A stretch of 64,000 nucleotides of DNA from a virus: positions 64,001 to 128,000 of IMG/VR virus record IMGVR_UViG_3300032282_005553; one strand, given 5' to 3'. This document shows positions 1 through 10,024 of the stretch, piece by piece (within the stretch, counting starts at the first letter, position 1; the number at the start of each line of letters is the position of its first letter). The notes under the pieces are model-generated. The model ran no database searches. It had not been told where the DNA came from and was given only the letters and a program-made list of their open reading frames with translations. The position numbers and the translations under genes were made by a program.

Positions 1-2
1 CA

Positions 3-3000
3 CAAAGAAATGAACCCAGAGGAATAGTGCCATACCAAGCAATAAGAAGCAGTATGCTCTATTCGACTGATGCAGGCACAGAATTGAATGCCCAGAATAA
101 GATTTATGCAAGAATATACCACAATCCTGAGAAAAAAATGAATCGTGCAGTCGGCGCTGGGGCAACAAATATGCCGACATTCGAAACCGGTGGACCATTT
201 GAACCAACGCACGATGGATATTTTAACATGGAAGCAAGAACTTTCGATATAGATAAAAAGAAAGTTATCCCATCTGCTGATGCTCAAAAAATTGGTAAGT
301 ATAATCAAGATCTGTATCAAATTTTAGTAAAAACATACAAAGCCCTAGTTCCTGGGGCCGGTCAACCACGACTATCAGATCTACCTCTATCTGACAGCGG
401 TGGTAAAATTGGTGTTTTTGATAGTTTTCAAAAACAACTAGCTAATTTATATAATGGAATAACTCCTTATGAGAATTTTATTGGAGAAGCTTTAGATATT
501 CTAGATATCGATGAAAGCGCTAAGGCTAAAAACTTTACCGTAATTTCAGCTGAAGCTGCTACACAACAGATGGTCCAGGATTATATTGAGAAACAAGTAA
601 AGAATAAAGGTGGTAAACAGCCATTTTCTGGTGGAAATCCCATATCTATAGGAATAGCAGGAGCGCCACCCGGACTTGACTGGGTTACAGAAGATCTTTT
701 TGACATAAAAGAACTTGCCACAGGCAACACAAAAGAATTCCCTGTCCTTATAAATATTTTACCTTCTGAAATATCAGAAGAATTTGAAAAACGAGCAGCA
801 GAAGCGACAAAAGGCTCAAGTCCTATCAAAACATCTTTATTTAACCACGATGGTGAATTATCTTTAGATTTGGCTGGTGGCAAAAAAGCAAAATTTCCAT
901 ATTTTTCCACATACACCAAATATACTGGCCCACTTTGGGACACTGCTACTAATACATATTCTGATAAAAATAATATTAAAGATTTCTTTTTAGCTAATCC
1001 ATTAGATGGAAATACTCCAGCAAATATTTTTAAAGGATTAGATATTAGTAATAATAGATTATTTGATAAAACAAAACCAATAGATTTTGATGATCGCGGA
1101 AATGTATCACTATCATACGACCAAGCTAAACTAACAGAATTGATCGATCTATACAGAGTAGATAAAGATAAAAGAGAAGCAGACAAGATAGATGCAGCAT
1201 CAATGGCACTAAAAGCAGCATCAATAAGATTCAAATTGAATAAAGATGTTGGTCCATTAGGAGCTTTAATCAAAGCAGATGCTAAGGTTGGAGATAATGA
1301 TATTTTTTCAGGATTTACCGACCAGGCCGATAAATCCATGTCGATTGGAGATTTTCTAATAGAAGCTGCTCAAAAATATGCTGAACAAACAACAGAAGAA
1401 GCTAAAACAGCTACCGGTGAAGTTGCAGATTCTAAATTTAATAAAGAAGGATTTGCAGATCAAAAAAAGCCATTTCTTGATACATTAAAAGGATTAACGC
1501 TTGGTTCATTACGAATTTTTGGTAGAAGACCATTACCAGGATTTCCACGAGCTTGGTTTTATGCTTTAGGTGGTGGCAGGGCATACTCTTTATTAAAAAA
1601 TAATAGAATGACCCTACCAATCGGTAAAAATATAGCAACTTATTTAACTGGTATGCTAGCCATGAATTCTGGACCCGGAGCACAAGCTAGCACATTAGCT
1701 TCTATGTCAACAAATTTGAGAGCTTTTAATTATTTCGAAGATTTACGTACTTTAATTCAGGGAGCATTTTTAACCTATCAACAATTATCTCAATCTGATA
1801 CTAGTAGTATTGTTCAATTGCTTAAAAATTCTAGAGATGCTTTTGGTAATCTTGATTTGTCAACAGATGCTGTAGAAGATATATTCAGAAGCCTAGGAGC
1901 CACGCAATCTTTTAATGCTGCTGGCTCTCAGGCTTTGGGAGGAGATTATCAGAGAAATCTTGCTAATCAGCTCGCAGGATCAAAAATAAGAGTTGTAAAA
2001 CAAAGTGGAAAAATAGAAGATGTCGATGCTGCTAATATACCATACAAAAATTATACTGATCTTATGGCATTGGCACTTAATCCTTACAATGAATATACAT
2101 CTAAAGATATTAGAAGTGGAATATTTGATAAATTAACGCAAGATATATCAACGGCTACCAATCAATATGGTGGTCCGATGTTTTCTCAAAAGACAAGAGC
2201 ATTTTTACTAAATAATCTATCTACATTAAAAGATTGGTATGCTGGAAATGGTAATTGGCTAGGACAAGATTATTTATTTGATAAAGTTGCAAATCCTGAC
2301 TCCAAAGACAGAGGAGACAAATTCAAGCAAAATCTTGCCATTGGAAATAATCTATGGTCAGAGGCTAATATTGCCCATCGCAATTTAGGTGCGGCAGTTA
2401 AGTTTGGTGGAGATTTGCCACACGAAGAGTGGTTTAATAAAAGAATAGAAGCAGGAAATTTTGCTACCGGCGGTATGGTTTATGCTCAAGATGGATCTCT
2501 TATAAACTTTACTCCACGCGGCACAGACACTGTTCCGGCAATGTTGACTCCTGGAGAATTCGTTGTCAATAGAGCAGCAACCGCCAAGAATCTACCTCTC
2601 TTAAAACAAATAAATGGCAATAGAGGCTATAGCAGAGGAGGGGTTGTTAATTACCTACAAGATGGTGGCCAAGCCGAAGGCGCACCAGAATTTGATCTTG
2701 CAACTACCACCGAATATAGACCAGAAAATAGTTTTGGAAATAGAAGTATTTCAACTTTATCTAGAATACAATATGAGTCTAGATATGGTGTTCCCGGAGT
2801 CAGAGATAATGTAAAAATGATCTCTGAAGAAATATATAAAACACTCAGAGACAGATCGGCACAGGAATCAACACTAAGACAAGCTGGTACTCCAATTTTT
2901 TATGATGATAATAGTACAAGATCTAAAAGACAACAAGCAAACAAATTAAAATTAAATAAAAAAGAATATACAGAATTGTCTATTGCTGAAACCGAAAGAA

Positions 3001-6000
3001 GAATACCGCTATTTCAAAGACAAACAGAAGAATATTATCCAAATGGAACAAACTTTGATCATAGTGTTTTTGATAGAAAGATGCTAGATTTCCAAGGTTT
3101 GCCAACTATTAACTATTTAAATGCAGATATTAGATCACATGGTCAAAAAATTGCAGCAATGAAAGATGCTGTTGGAGCCAAGGAAAATGGATTCCCTGAT
3201 TTATTAGCCAAATATTTATTAGGAATGAAAGATTACGAAAGCACCTGGGCTAGTGTTGGACTAAGCTTTGCTCTAGATCTACAGAATATAATGCCAACCC
3301 TTAGTGGAGGTGCTAGTCAGGCTCTTATAGGAAAAGGTTTATCGTGGTTAGGCAAAAATACAGGACTTAAAAAGGCTATAACAATAGCTATGCAGAAAGG
3401 TAAATCAGCATTAAGTTCACTAGATAAAATTGCATTTAGACAAGTTGAAAAAGGAATAGATGAAATTCCTATTAAAGATTTGGGATTAGCAGATTTACCA
3501 GACTCTAAAACAGCACAATCGCTGTCTCCTAGTCCCACAAAGATACCCAGAGGAGGAGAAAGAATATCATTTGATGACAAAGCACTACAAATGTTTTTCC
3601 GTTCTGTTCCGACTAATGTTAAGGATTTTAAAAAGTCTTTCTGGCAAACAGTTTCTTCAAAAGGTATTTTTCAACAAGTTTCCGATTTTACCAGATTTAT
3701 TGGACTACCAGACAACGAAGCATTGCTTGGTGTTCCAGCTGCTATAGATATCAAACATCTTGAACCTGGCATCAGAGGTAGATTTGATTCTAATCTCGCC
3801 AGATTGAGTACTCAAGGGGTATCCGGAGCAGCATCAACAGGAAGAGGACTCGCTTCTGTACAACCATATGCAGAAGTAAATACTTTGTATCATGAGTTAG
3901 CTCATCAATTTTTAAATGGAATCAGAACACATCATCCTAAAGCATGGGAATTCTATCAGGAACGTGTTCAAGATATGTTTACTGATCACAGAAGTTGGAA
4001 TAATCTTGCAAATGCTTTTGATGCTATTGGAGGAAGCTATAGAAGTGAAGATGTTTTATATGGTGCTAGTTATAAGCTAAGAGATTTACAAAAAATATTA
4101 GATCAACATCCTGGAGACAAAGATCTAATAAGATTAGTTAGTAGAGCTACAAAACATAAAGATGCCGGTAGAGCTAGTTGGGCGAGCATAGATGAAGAAG
4201 TAACAGATGTATTGAGATCCAAGAGAGGATCACAGTACCTTGAGACTATGCAAAATAATGGATTAGAAGAATTCTTAACAGTAGTTGTTCAGAACGCTGG
4301 ACGACTTGACAAACAGATGAGACAAGCACTGGACACAACATTAGAAGCCATATTTCATAACTCTGGCATAGCAAGAGACAGAGGATTATTTGATAATTTT
4401 TATGCTGAACTTGATAAACCAACAATTTTCCAAAGAATAAAAACCGCAATATCTGCTAGGCTTAGTAGGCCAAAAGCAGCAACAAGGGTTCCAAAACCAC
4501 CAAGACCTCAAAAGCCAAAAACTAAAAATACTCCGGATAACGATATGATCGCTGGTCGTATTGGTCCAAAAAAATCTAAAACAAAATCAAAAAATAAAAA
4601 GGAGAAAAGAAGATGGCCGTGGATTATTCCTATTCCTATTTTTGGTTTGGGTGCGGCCGGGGTCTACGAGGCTACTAAGCAACCTTCTGCCCCTCTTTTA
4701 GAAGAAGGAGAGGGATTGGGCGGAGAATTTATTGGCGGAGGTGAAGGCGGCGGAATGATGCCAGAGATTACCTCTCCTAATCCAGCAAGAGAAGGCGCTA
4801 TGGGTGCTGCCGCGACACAACCAGGAGCAAACGGTGGACAAAATGGTGTTGGTCCTTCATTTCCGAATGAAGCCAGAAATAATGCTCAAGCAGCAGCACA
4901 AGAAGAAAAAGCTAGAAAATCCGGATGGAAAAAATCTAAAAAAGAAAAACCTTCGTCGTCACCTTTACCCGAATCTTCTGATTTTCCTGAAGCTATTCCT
5001 TTTTCTCCTTTAGAAGATACCAATGAAGAAACATCCTCTAATTTATTGAATAGACCGGGCGAGCCACTTAGAAGAGCTAAAGGAGGCATAGTTTATGCAT
5101 CAAATGGCTCATTGATTAATTTTCAACCAAGAGGCACAGATACTGTTCCGGCGATGCTAACGCCAGGAGAGTTTGTAGTTAATAAAGCAGCAACACAAAA
5201 GAATTTGCCAGCATTACAAGAAATTAATAGCAATACATATATGGCAGATGGTGGACTGTTAGGAAGACCAAAGGTCGTACAAGGGGTTACTCTAAATCCA
5301 AGAGATAAACTAACGCCAAGATTTAATAATATAGACTCTGCTATTAGTACTAGTAATAAAAACTTAAATACAGTATTACAGAATGAAAACTCACAAAATA
5401 ATAAATTAAATGAATTGCTTATAGATAGTAAAAATAACAAAAAGGTATTATCTCAAATTAATACCAAAACAGACTTTACTAATTCAAAAGTTAATGATAT
5501 AGCTAGAAACACCGGATCTTTAACAGATACGATCAATGCTTTTTGGCAAATGCTTTCCGGTCCCGGTCCTAGCGTGGAGATGCCTCCTAGGGTAATAAAT
5601 CGCAGCACGGGCGGCATAATATATGCTAGCGAAGGAACTCTTGTTCCTTATTCTCCAAAGGGAACAGATACAGTTCCTGCTATGTTAACTCCGGGAGAGT
5701 TTGTAGTAAATAGAGCTGCTACTAGCAAGAACTTGAGCCTATTAAAGAATATTAATAATGGATATAGTCAAGGTGGGATAATATATGCTGATGATGGAAT
5801 AAAAGTTCCAGGAACAGGAGACTTTACAACAACAGTAAGCGGAGCATCAACAAATAATATACAATCAAGTCAAACATTATCTGACAAAGAAATTGAATTA
5901 GAAAGACTCAGACAGTCCTTTGAACAAGCAAGAGCTAGATTCGAAAGAGAAAAAGAACAAAGAGATAGAATACAATATTCTCTCGCTTTAGTTAATGAAG

Positions 6001-9000
6001 GATTATCTAAATACAAAAATCAGAGAGGTGCTGCCTTAGATAGATTATTAGGCATAAGTAATCCATCGAACATATTAAATGATGAAAAAAGCTCGCTACA
6101 AAGAAAATTAACTTTTAATTTACTTGGTGTTGATAATGACGTCGGAGCATGGATTGCTAGAGCAGAACTTTTAAGTAAACAGCTTGCTGAAACTGGTGTT
6201 GGAATAACAGGAGCAACAGTTGCCGGATCGGCCGGTGCCGTAGCAGGCGGCGGAGTTGCTAGTCCAGTGACATCAGCAACATTGGGAACAGCGGGATATA
6301 TAGTTTCTGTAAGTGCATATAAAGATTTTCTAGGCGAACAATATAAGGAAAGAATGGATCTTTTACGACAAGCATTTCCTGGTCAATCTACGGTGACAGA
6401 TTTGGCCCCTGCTGTTATGGGAGTTTCTTCATTAGCCAAAAATGCTTATACTAACCTTGGGGCTATAGGTATAAAACAAGCCGGAAAAGAGATATCTTCG
6501 GAAGTTGCTGGAGACGCTATTGGTACAATATCAGCAGCTTTTGCAACTGGCGAACCCATCAGCTATAGTGCTCAAGATGCTATTTTGGCTTCATTAGGCA
6601 TTAAGCTTAGCGGACCGAGCAGATCAATTAGTACCACTAGATCCAGAGCATCAGAACAGCCGACAGCATCTTCTACAAAATTGTCACAACAGCCACCTCC
6701 GCTACCGAGTACTTTAGGATCCATTTTTGCTTCATATAAAAAAGCAATATCTAATAAAATAGATATGTTATTTAATAGATCTCCCGTAGCAGTACATGAT
6801 CAAGCACTTAAATATTTCAAAGAAAGAGGAGCAGTAAATTTTGATGAGATTAGAGAACACTTACGAGGAGAAGTTAAATCATCCAAAGGAGTTGCCGTTA
6901 GTGTCGGAATGATAGCTAAAATGCTCGGAGTAGAACCTAAATATCTTATAGCAGAAGATATGAGAGCGGTTAGAAAAACTATCGAAGGTGCCAGTGGATA
7001 TTATAGTGATTTTACTAGTCGTGATGCTATTAAAGTTGATGAGAACACCGGACTTGTTGCTGGAACTTTTAGTAGGGAACCGGGCGATATTGATCCGGGC
7101 GCAATATTAGCATTAAATAATGATAATAAAGTAAATAATAGTATTGTTTGGCATGAGATCATGCACTCCATGCTTACTAGAATGGGTAAAAATGGATATG
7201 GAAGATTTATCAAATTAATGCAAGATAATCAAAAATCTGTTTTGGGATATATAACTGAACGACCAGATCTATTTCGTAGTTATGGTATAACAGATATTGC
7301 AGATGGAGCACATTATGTAGGAAGAGCTCTTCAAGATATGCCACAATGGTCCTTTTTAAAGAGCGCAGCAGAGATGGCAAGTGATGATGATATTAAATAT
7401 GCCATAGCTCAAAAACAAGCTTACTTACAAAAATTAAGTACTGAAGATCCCGGTAGATTGTCTTCTCCTGATATATTTAATGATATAGTTCCAGGAACAA
7501 TGTTGAGAGTTTCACATATTACAGGCATGGAATCTGCAGAAAATCACTATGGTGGTATCAAAAATGCAATTAAATATGTTGAAGCAGTAATCAAAAGCGG
7601 TCGAGGTGTCGATCCAGCATTCCTTGCACATGCAGGGGATCATAATGCTAAAATCATGGATATATTGAGTGATCTTAATATTATTGAAGAAAGATCTGCT
7701 TTCGATTGGACGAAAGAATATGGGTATGAAGAATTTGCGACTCAACTTTTACAAAATTTTGATAGATTGGATCCAAAAGGACTGTCTTTCTTAAGTGATA
7801 TTATCTCTTCAGTATACGATGATAATAGAATCGCTGCTCTTAGGGATCCAAAAATTGTTTATGCTCAACTACAAAAAGTATTCAAGGGTTCTGGTTCAAA
7901 TATAGAGAAAGAACAATATAATGGATTAGAAACTCCTGCTTTATCTAGTGGAGGAATAATAAAATCTTTATACGCCAGTACTGGTAAATTGATTTCATAC
8001 AAGCCAATAGGTACAGATACTGTGCCAGCAATGTTGACTCCTGGCGAGTTTGTTGTTAATGCACAGGCTACAGCTAAAAATCTACCATTATTAAAATCTA
8101 TCAATGAAGGTAATTACAAGAGCAGTGGAGGAGTAGTATATCTTGACAATGGCGGAGTCGCCGACGAAAAAGATCTTGCTGCCGCTAATGGAAGAAATGG
8201 TTTCGAAAGAAAAATGGCAGTTGGAGCAAAACAGAGAAATAAACTCCAAAAAATTGCTGCAAAACCTGATGATACTGGTACTTTATGGGTATTTCTCAAT
8301 CCATCTCCTATGGTGATAGATAAAGAATTAGTTGCTTCAGGATTTACTGCTCTGAGCTTGTTGAAAAAAGATCTTACCTATACTGATGTTAATGAACCAT
8401 TAACAACACTTGATCTGGGAGCAACAATATATAGTAAAAGAGCTAGCTCACAGACAAAGGCATTGAAACATGTTAATGATAGATTAAATATCAAAGATAA
8501 AAAAGATCCCAAGAGAATTAAAAAAGCTATTACAGCAGGTGAGGCTTTGGATAGAGCTAGGAGAGAATACCAGAAACAAACAATAGGTAATAAAGTTATC
8601 TCTGAACTAGCTTATCAAATGAATATTATGCCCAAAGAATTTGAAATTTTAAATGATCAAGCCTATGAAAACCCTGACGATGTTAATAAGCATATACAAT
8701 CTATAGCGGAAGAAATTATCTTATGGAAGGATAATGATGCTAGAAAAAATAGAAATGGAATGAAAGTAGCACAAGAGTATGGTAAATATATTAATAGAAA
8801 TAGCGATATCAATGTTAAAAATAAAAACGCTTTGCAAGCCATAGCTTTGATGATGAGTGATAAAGATTTAGTTGTTCATGATATACGAGCACTTAATAAA
8901 AAATATCCTGTTTTTAAAGACACGGATCCGATAGAAATATTAAAAACTCAAACAAATGCTCAAAAAGACGAAAGAGAAAAACTAGAAGAAATTATTGATG

Positions 9001-10010
9001 GTCTTAAGAACTATGCTGCTGATGCTTATGTCAGCGATATTATTAATAGTCCTGAATTCCAATCTGGTGCTGGTATTTTATCTAGCGACGCATTTGCGGG
9101 CGTCACAGTTTCTAATTTTAGCGGAGGCAATTTTTCAGATCATGTTGTTACCACAAAACCAATAGTAAAAGCTGCTCAATTTAATAAAGGTGGTGTGGTT
9201 TACGCTGATGATGGTATGCTCATACCTTATCAGCCAAAGGGAACAGACACCGTCCCCGCAATGCTAACTCCAGGCGAGTTTGTAATAAATAGAGCTGCTA
9301 CACAACGTAATTTACCACTACTTAAAGCTATAAATAGTAACACATACGCTAATGGCGGAGTAGTATATGCTACTAAAGGACTAAATCCTCGTCAACAAGA
9401 ATATTATGATGCTAGACAAGCAAGAAAAGAAGAATACGAAAGAATGCAAGCAGAAAGACGAAGAGCATACGAGAACAAAAATAACGTAAATAGATTTAGA
9501 GATTCTCAAGGAAATCTTTTGAATCAGCAAACACGAAGAAATGTATTAATGGGCAGCAATCAGCAACAAAATATTGGTCAATCACGAAATAATACAAATA
9601 ATGTTGATCAGAACATGGGCCAATTTAGTAATAATTTACAAACTATTAATCAACTACTACAAACTTTTGGTAACAGCATCAACACATTTAATACTGTTAT
9701 ATCGCAGATAAATAGACAAATTACCGGTTCGGCTGAGCCAAGGGGTGTATCTAATAATAAAGGCACAGCGCCAAATCTGGACGGCATGGGCGGATTTGTT
9801 GCTAAATTTGATGAATTTATTAACCAACTAAAGGGTCTAAACTTGCCACCAGTAATTAATTTACAAGTTGCGCCAATTACATTGAATATAACCGGAGGAG
9901 AAGCACTTGCAAAAGCACTAGAAGGACCAATGAGTAATCAAATCAAGTCAGAAATAGCGGCAGCATTCCAAAGACTAAACGACGCTACAGAAGGCGCCAT
10001 TCAAGTTTAA
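3..10010 (+). CDS. Giant tape-measure-like polyvalent virion protein (5'-truncated) with five GTDTVPAMLTPGEFV repeats and two HExxH metallopeptidase domains
   Basis: The frame is open from position 3 (no stop upstream of the GTG at 27). FATGG...GTDTVPAMLTPGEFVVN resembles the tape-measure C-terminal motif. HELAH at 3891 and HEIMH at 7152. Lies upstream of tail genes. Confidence 0.75.
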   Translation, partial: QRNEPRGIVPYQAIRSSMLYSTDAGTELNAQNKIYARIYHNPEKKMNRAVGAGATNMPTFETGGPFEPTHDGYFNMEARTFDIDKKKVIPSADAQKIGKYNQDLYQILVKTYKALVPGAGQPRLSDLPLSDSGGKIGVFDSFQKQLANLYNGITPYENFIGEALDILDIDESAKAKNFTVISAEAATQQMVQDYIEKQVKNKGGKQPFSGGNPISIGIAGAPPGLDWVTEDLFDIKELATGNTKEFPVLINILPSEISEEFEKRAAEATKGSSPIKTSLFNHDGELSLDLAGGKKAKFPYFSTYTKYTGPLWDTATNTYSDKNNIKDFFLANPLDGNTPANIFKGLDISNNRLFDKTKPIDFDDRGNVSLSYDQAKLTELIDLYRVDKDKREADKIDAASMALKAASIRFKLNKDVGPLGALIKADAKVGDNDIFSGFTDQADKSMSIGDFLIEAAQKYAEQTTEEAKTATGEVADSKFNKEGFADQKKPFLDTLKGLTLGSLRIFGRRPLPGFPRAWFYALGGGRAYSLLKNNRMTLPIGKNIATYLTGMLAMNSGPGAQASTLASMSTNLRAFNYFEDLRTLIQGAFLTYQQLSQSDTSSIVQLLKNSRDAFGNLDLSTDAVEDIFRSLGATQSFNAAGSQALGGDYQRNLANQLAGSKIRVVKQSGKIEDVDAANIPYKNYTDLMALALNPYNEYTSKDIRSGIFDKLTQDISTATNQYGGPMFSQKTRAFLLNNLSTLKDWYAGNGNWLGQDYLFDKVANPDSKDRGDKFKQNLAIGNNLWSEANIAHRNLGAAVKFGGDLPHEEWFNKRIEAGNFATGGMVYAQDGSLINFTPRGTDTVPAMLTPGEFVVNRAATAKNLPLLKQINGNRGYSRGGVVNYLQDGGQAEGAPEFDLATTTEYRPENSFGNRSISTLSRIQYESRYGVPGVRDNVKMISEEIYKTLRDRSAQESTLRQAGTPIFYDDNSTRSKRQQANKLKLNKKEYTELSIAETERRIPLFQRQTEEYYPNGTNFDHSVFDRKMLDFQGLPTINYLNADIRSHGQKIAAMKDAVGAKENGFPDLLAKYLLGMKDYESTWASVGLSFALDLQNIMPTLSGGASQALIGKGLSWLGKNTGLKKAITIAMQKGKSALSSLDKIAFRQVEKGIDEIPIKDLGLADLPDSKTAQSLSPSPTKIPRGGERISFDDKALQMFFRSVPTNVKDFKKSFWQTVSSKGIFQQVSDFTRFIGLPDNEALLGVPAAIDIKHLEPGIRGRFDSNLARLSTQGVSGAASTGRGLASVQPYAEVNTLYHELAHQFLNGIRTHHPKAWEFYQERVQDMFTDHRSWNNLANAFDAIGGSYRSEDVLYGASYKLRDLQKILDQHPGDKDLIRLVSRATKHKDAGRASWASIDEEVTDVLRSKRGSQYLETMQNNGLEEFLTVVVQNAGRLDKQMRQALDTTLEAIFHNSGIARDRGLFDNFYAELDKPTIFQRIKTAISARLSRPKAATRVPKPPRPQKPKTKNTPDNDMIAGRIGPKKSKTKSKNKKEKRRWPWIIPIPIFGLGAAGVYEATKQPSAPLLEEGEGLGGEFIGGGEGGGMMPEITSPNPAREGAMGAAATQPGANGGQNGVGPSFPNEARNNAQAAAQEEKARKSGWKKSKKEKPSSSPLPESSDFPEAIPFSPLEDTNEETSSNLLNRPGEPLRRAKGGIVYASNGSLINFQPRGTDTVPAMLTPGEFVVNKAATQKNLPALQEINSNTYMADGGLLGRPKVVQGVTLNPRDKLTPRFNNIDSAISTSNKNLNTVLQNENSQNNKLNELLIDSKNNKKVLSQINTKTDFTNSKVNDIARNTGSLTDTINAFWQMLSGPGPSVEMPPRVINRSTGGIIYASEGTLVPYSPKGTDTVPAMLTPGEFVVNRAATSKNLSLLKNINNGYSQGGIIYADDGIKVPGTGDFTTTVSGASTNNIQSSQTLSDKEIELERLRQSFEQARARFEREKEQRDRIQYSLALVNEGLSKYKNQRGAALDRLLGISNPSNILNDEKSSLQRKLTFNLLGVDNDVGAWIARAELLSKQLAETGVGITGATVAGSAGAVAGGGVASPVTSATLGTAGYIVSVSAYKDFLGEQYKERMDLLRQAFPGQSTVTDLAPAVMGVSSLAKNAYTNLGAIGIKQAGKEISSEVAGDAIGTISAAFATGEPISYSAQDAILASLGIKLSGPSRSISTTRSRASEQPTASSTKLSQQPPPLPSTLGSIFASYKKAISNKIDMLFNRSPVAVHDQALKYFKERGAVNFDEIREHLRGEVKSSKGVAVSVGMIAKMLGVEPKYLIAEDMRAVRKTIEGASGYYSDFTSRDAIKVDENTGLVAGTFSREPGDIDPGAILALNNDNKVNNSIVWHEIMHSMLTRMGKNGYGRFIKLMQDNQKSVLGYITERPDLFRSYGITDIADGAHYVGRALQDMPQWSFLKSAAEMASDDDIKYAIAQKQAYLQKLSTEDPGRLSSPDIFNDIVPGTMLRVSHITGMESAENHYGGIKNAIKYVEAVIKSGRGVDPAFLAHAGDHNAKIMDILSDLNIIEERSAFDWTKEYGYEEFATQLLQNFDRLDPKGLSFLSDIISSVYDDNRIAALRDPKIVYAQLQKVFKGSGSNIEKEQYNGLETPALSSGGIIKSLYASTGKLISYKPIGTDTVPAMLTPGEFVVNAQATAKNLPLLKSINEGNYKSSGGVVYLDNGGVADEKDLAAANGRNGFERKMAVGAKQRNKLQKIAAKPDDTGTLWVFLNPSPMVIDKELVASGFTALSLLKKDLTYTDVNEPLTTLDLGATIYSKRASSQTKALKHVNDRLNIKDKKDPKRIKKAITAGEALDRARREYQKQTIGNKVISELAYQMNIMPKEFEILNDQAYENPDDVNKHIQSIAEEIILWKDNDARKNRNGMKVAQEYGKYINRNSDINVKNKNALQAIALMMSDKDLVVHDIRALNKKYPVFKDTDPIEILKTQTNAQKDEREKLEEIIDGLKNYAADAYVSDIINSPEFQSGAGILSSDAFAGVTVSNFSGGNFSDHVVTTKPIVKAAQFNKGGVVYADDGMLIPYQPKGTDTVPAMLTPGEFVINRAATQRNLPLLKAINSNTYANGGVVYATKGLNPRQQEYYDARQARKEEYERMQAERRRAYENKNNVNRFRDSQGNLLNQQTRRNVLMGSNQQQNIGQSRNNTNNVDQNMGQFSNNLQTINQLLQTFGNSINTFNTVISQINRQITGSAEPRGVSNNKGTAPNLDGMGGFVAKFDEFINQLKGLNLPPVINLQVAPITLNITGGEALAKALEGPMSNQIKSEIAAAFQRLNDATEGAIQV
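2520..2570 (+). repeat. Intragenic repeat copy 1 (GTDTVPAMLTPGEFVVN core)
   Basis: Core read directly; flanked by GGMVYAQDG and GGVVNYLQDGG. Confidence 0.95.
5133..5183 (+). repeat. Intragenic repeat copy 2
   Basis: GTDTVPAMLTPGEFVVN, preceded by GGIVYASNG. Confidence 0.95.
5661..5711 (+). repeat. Intragenic repeat copy 3
   Basis: GTDTVPAMLTPGEFVVN, flanked by GGIIYASEG and GGIIYADDG. Confidence 0.95.
8010..8060 (+). repeat. Intragenic repeat copy 4
   Basis: GTDTVPAMLTPGEFVVN, followed by GGVVYLDNGG. Confidence 0.95.
9240..9290 (+). repeat. Intragenic repeat copy 5
   Basis: GTDTVPAMLTPGEFVIN, flanked by GGVVYADDG and GGVVYATKG. Confidence 0.95.
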
Positions 10011-10024
10011 AAAGGTTATAAATT

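Noticed and set aside
2520-9290. Tape-measure repeats as a CRISPR array or DGR template/variable repeats
   Set aside because: Spacing is 0.5-2.6 kb, differences are synonymous rather than adenine-specific, and no reverse transcriptase is present in the window.
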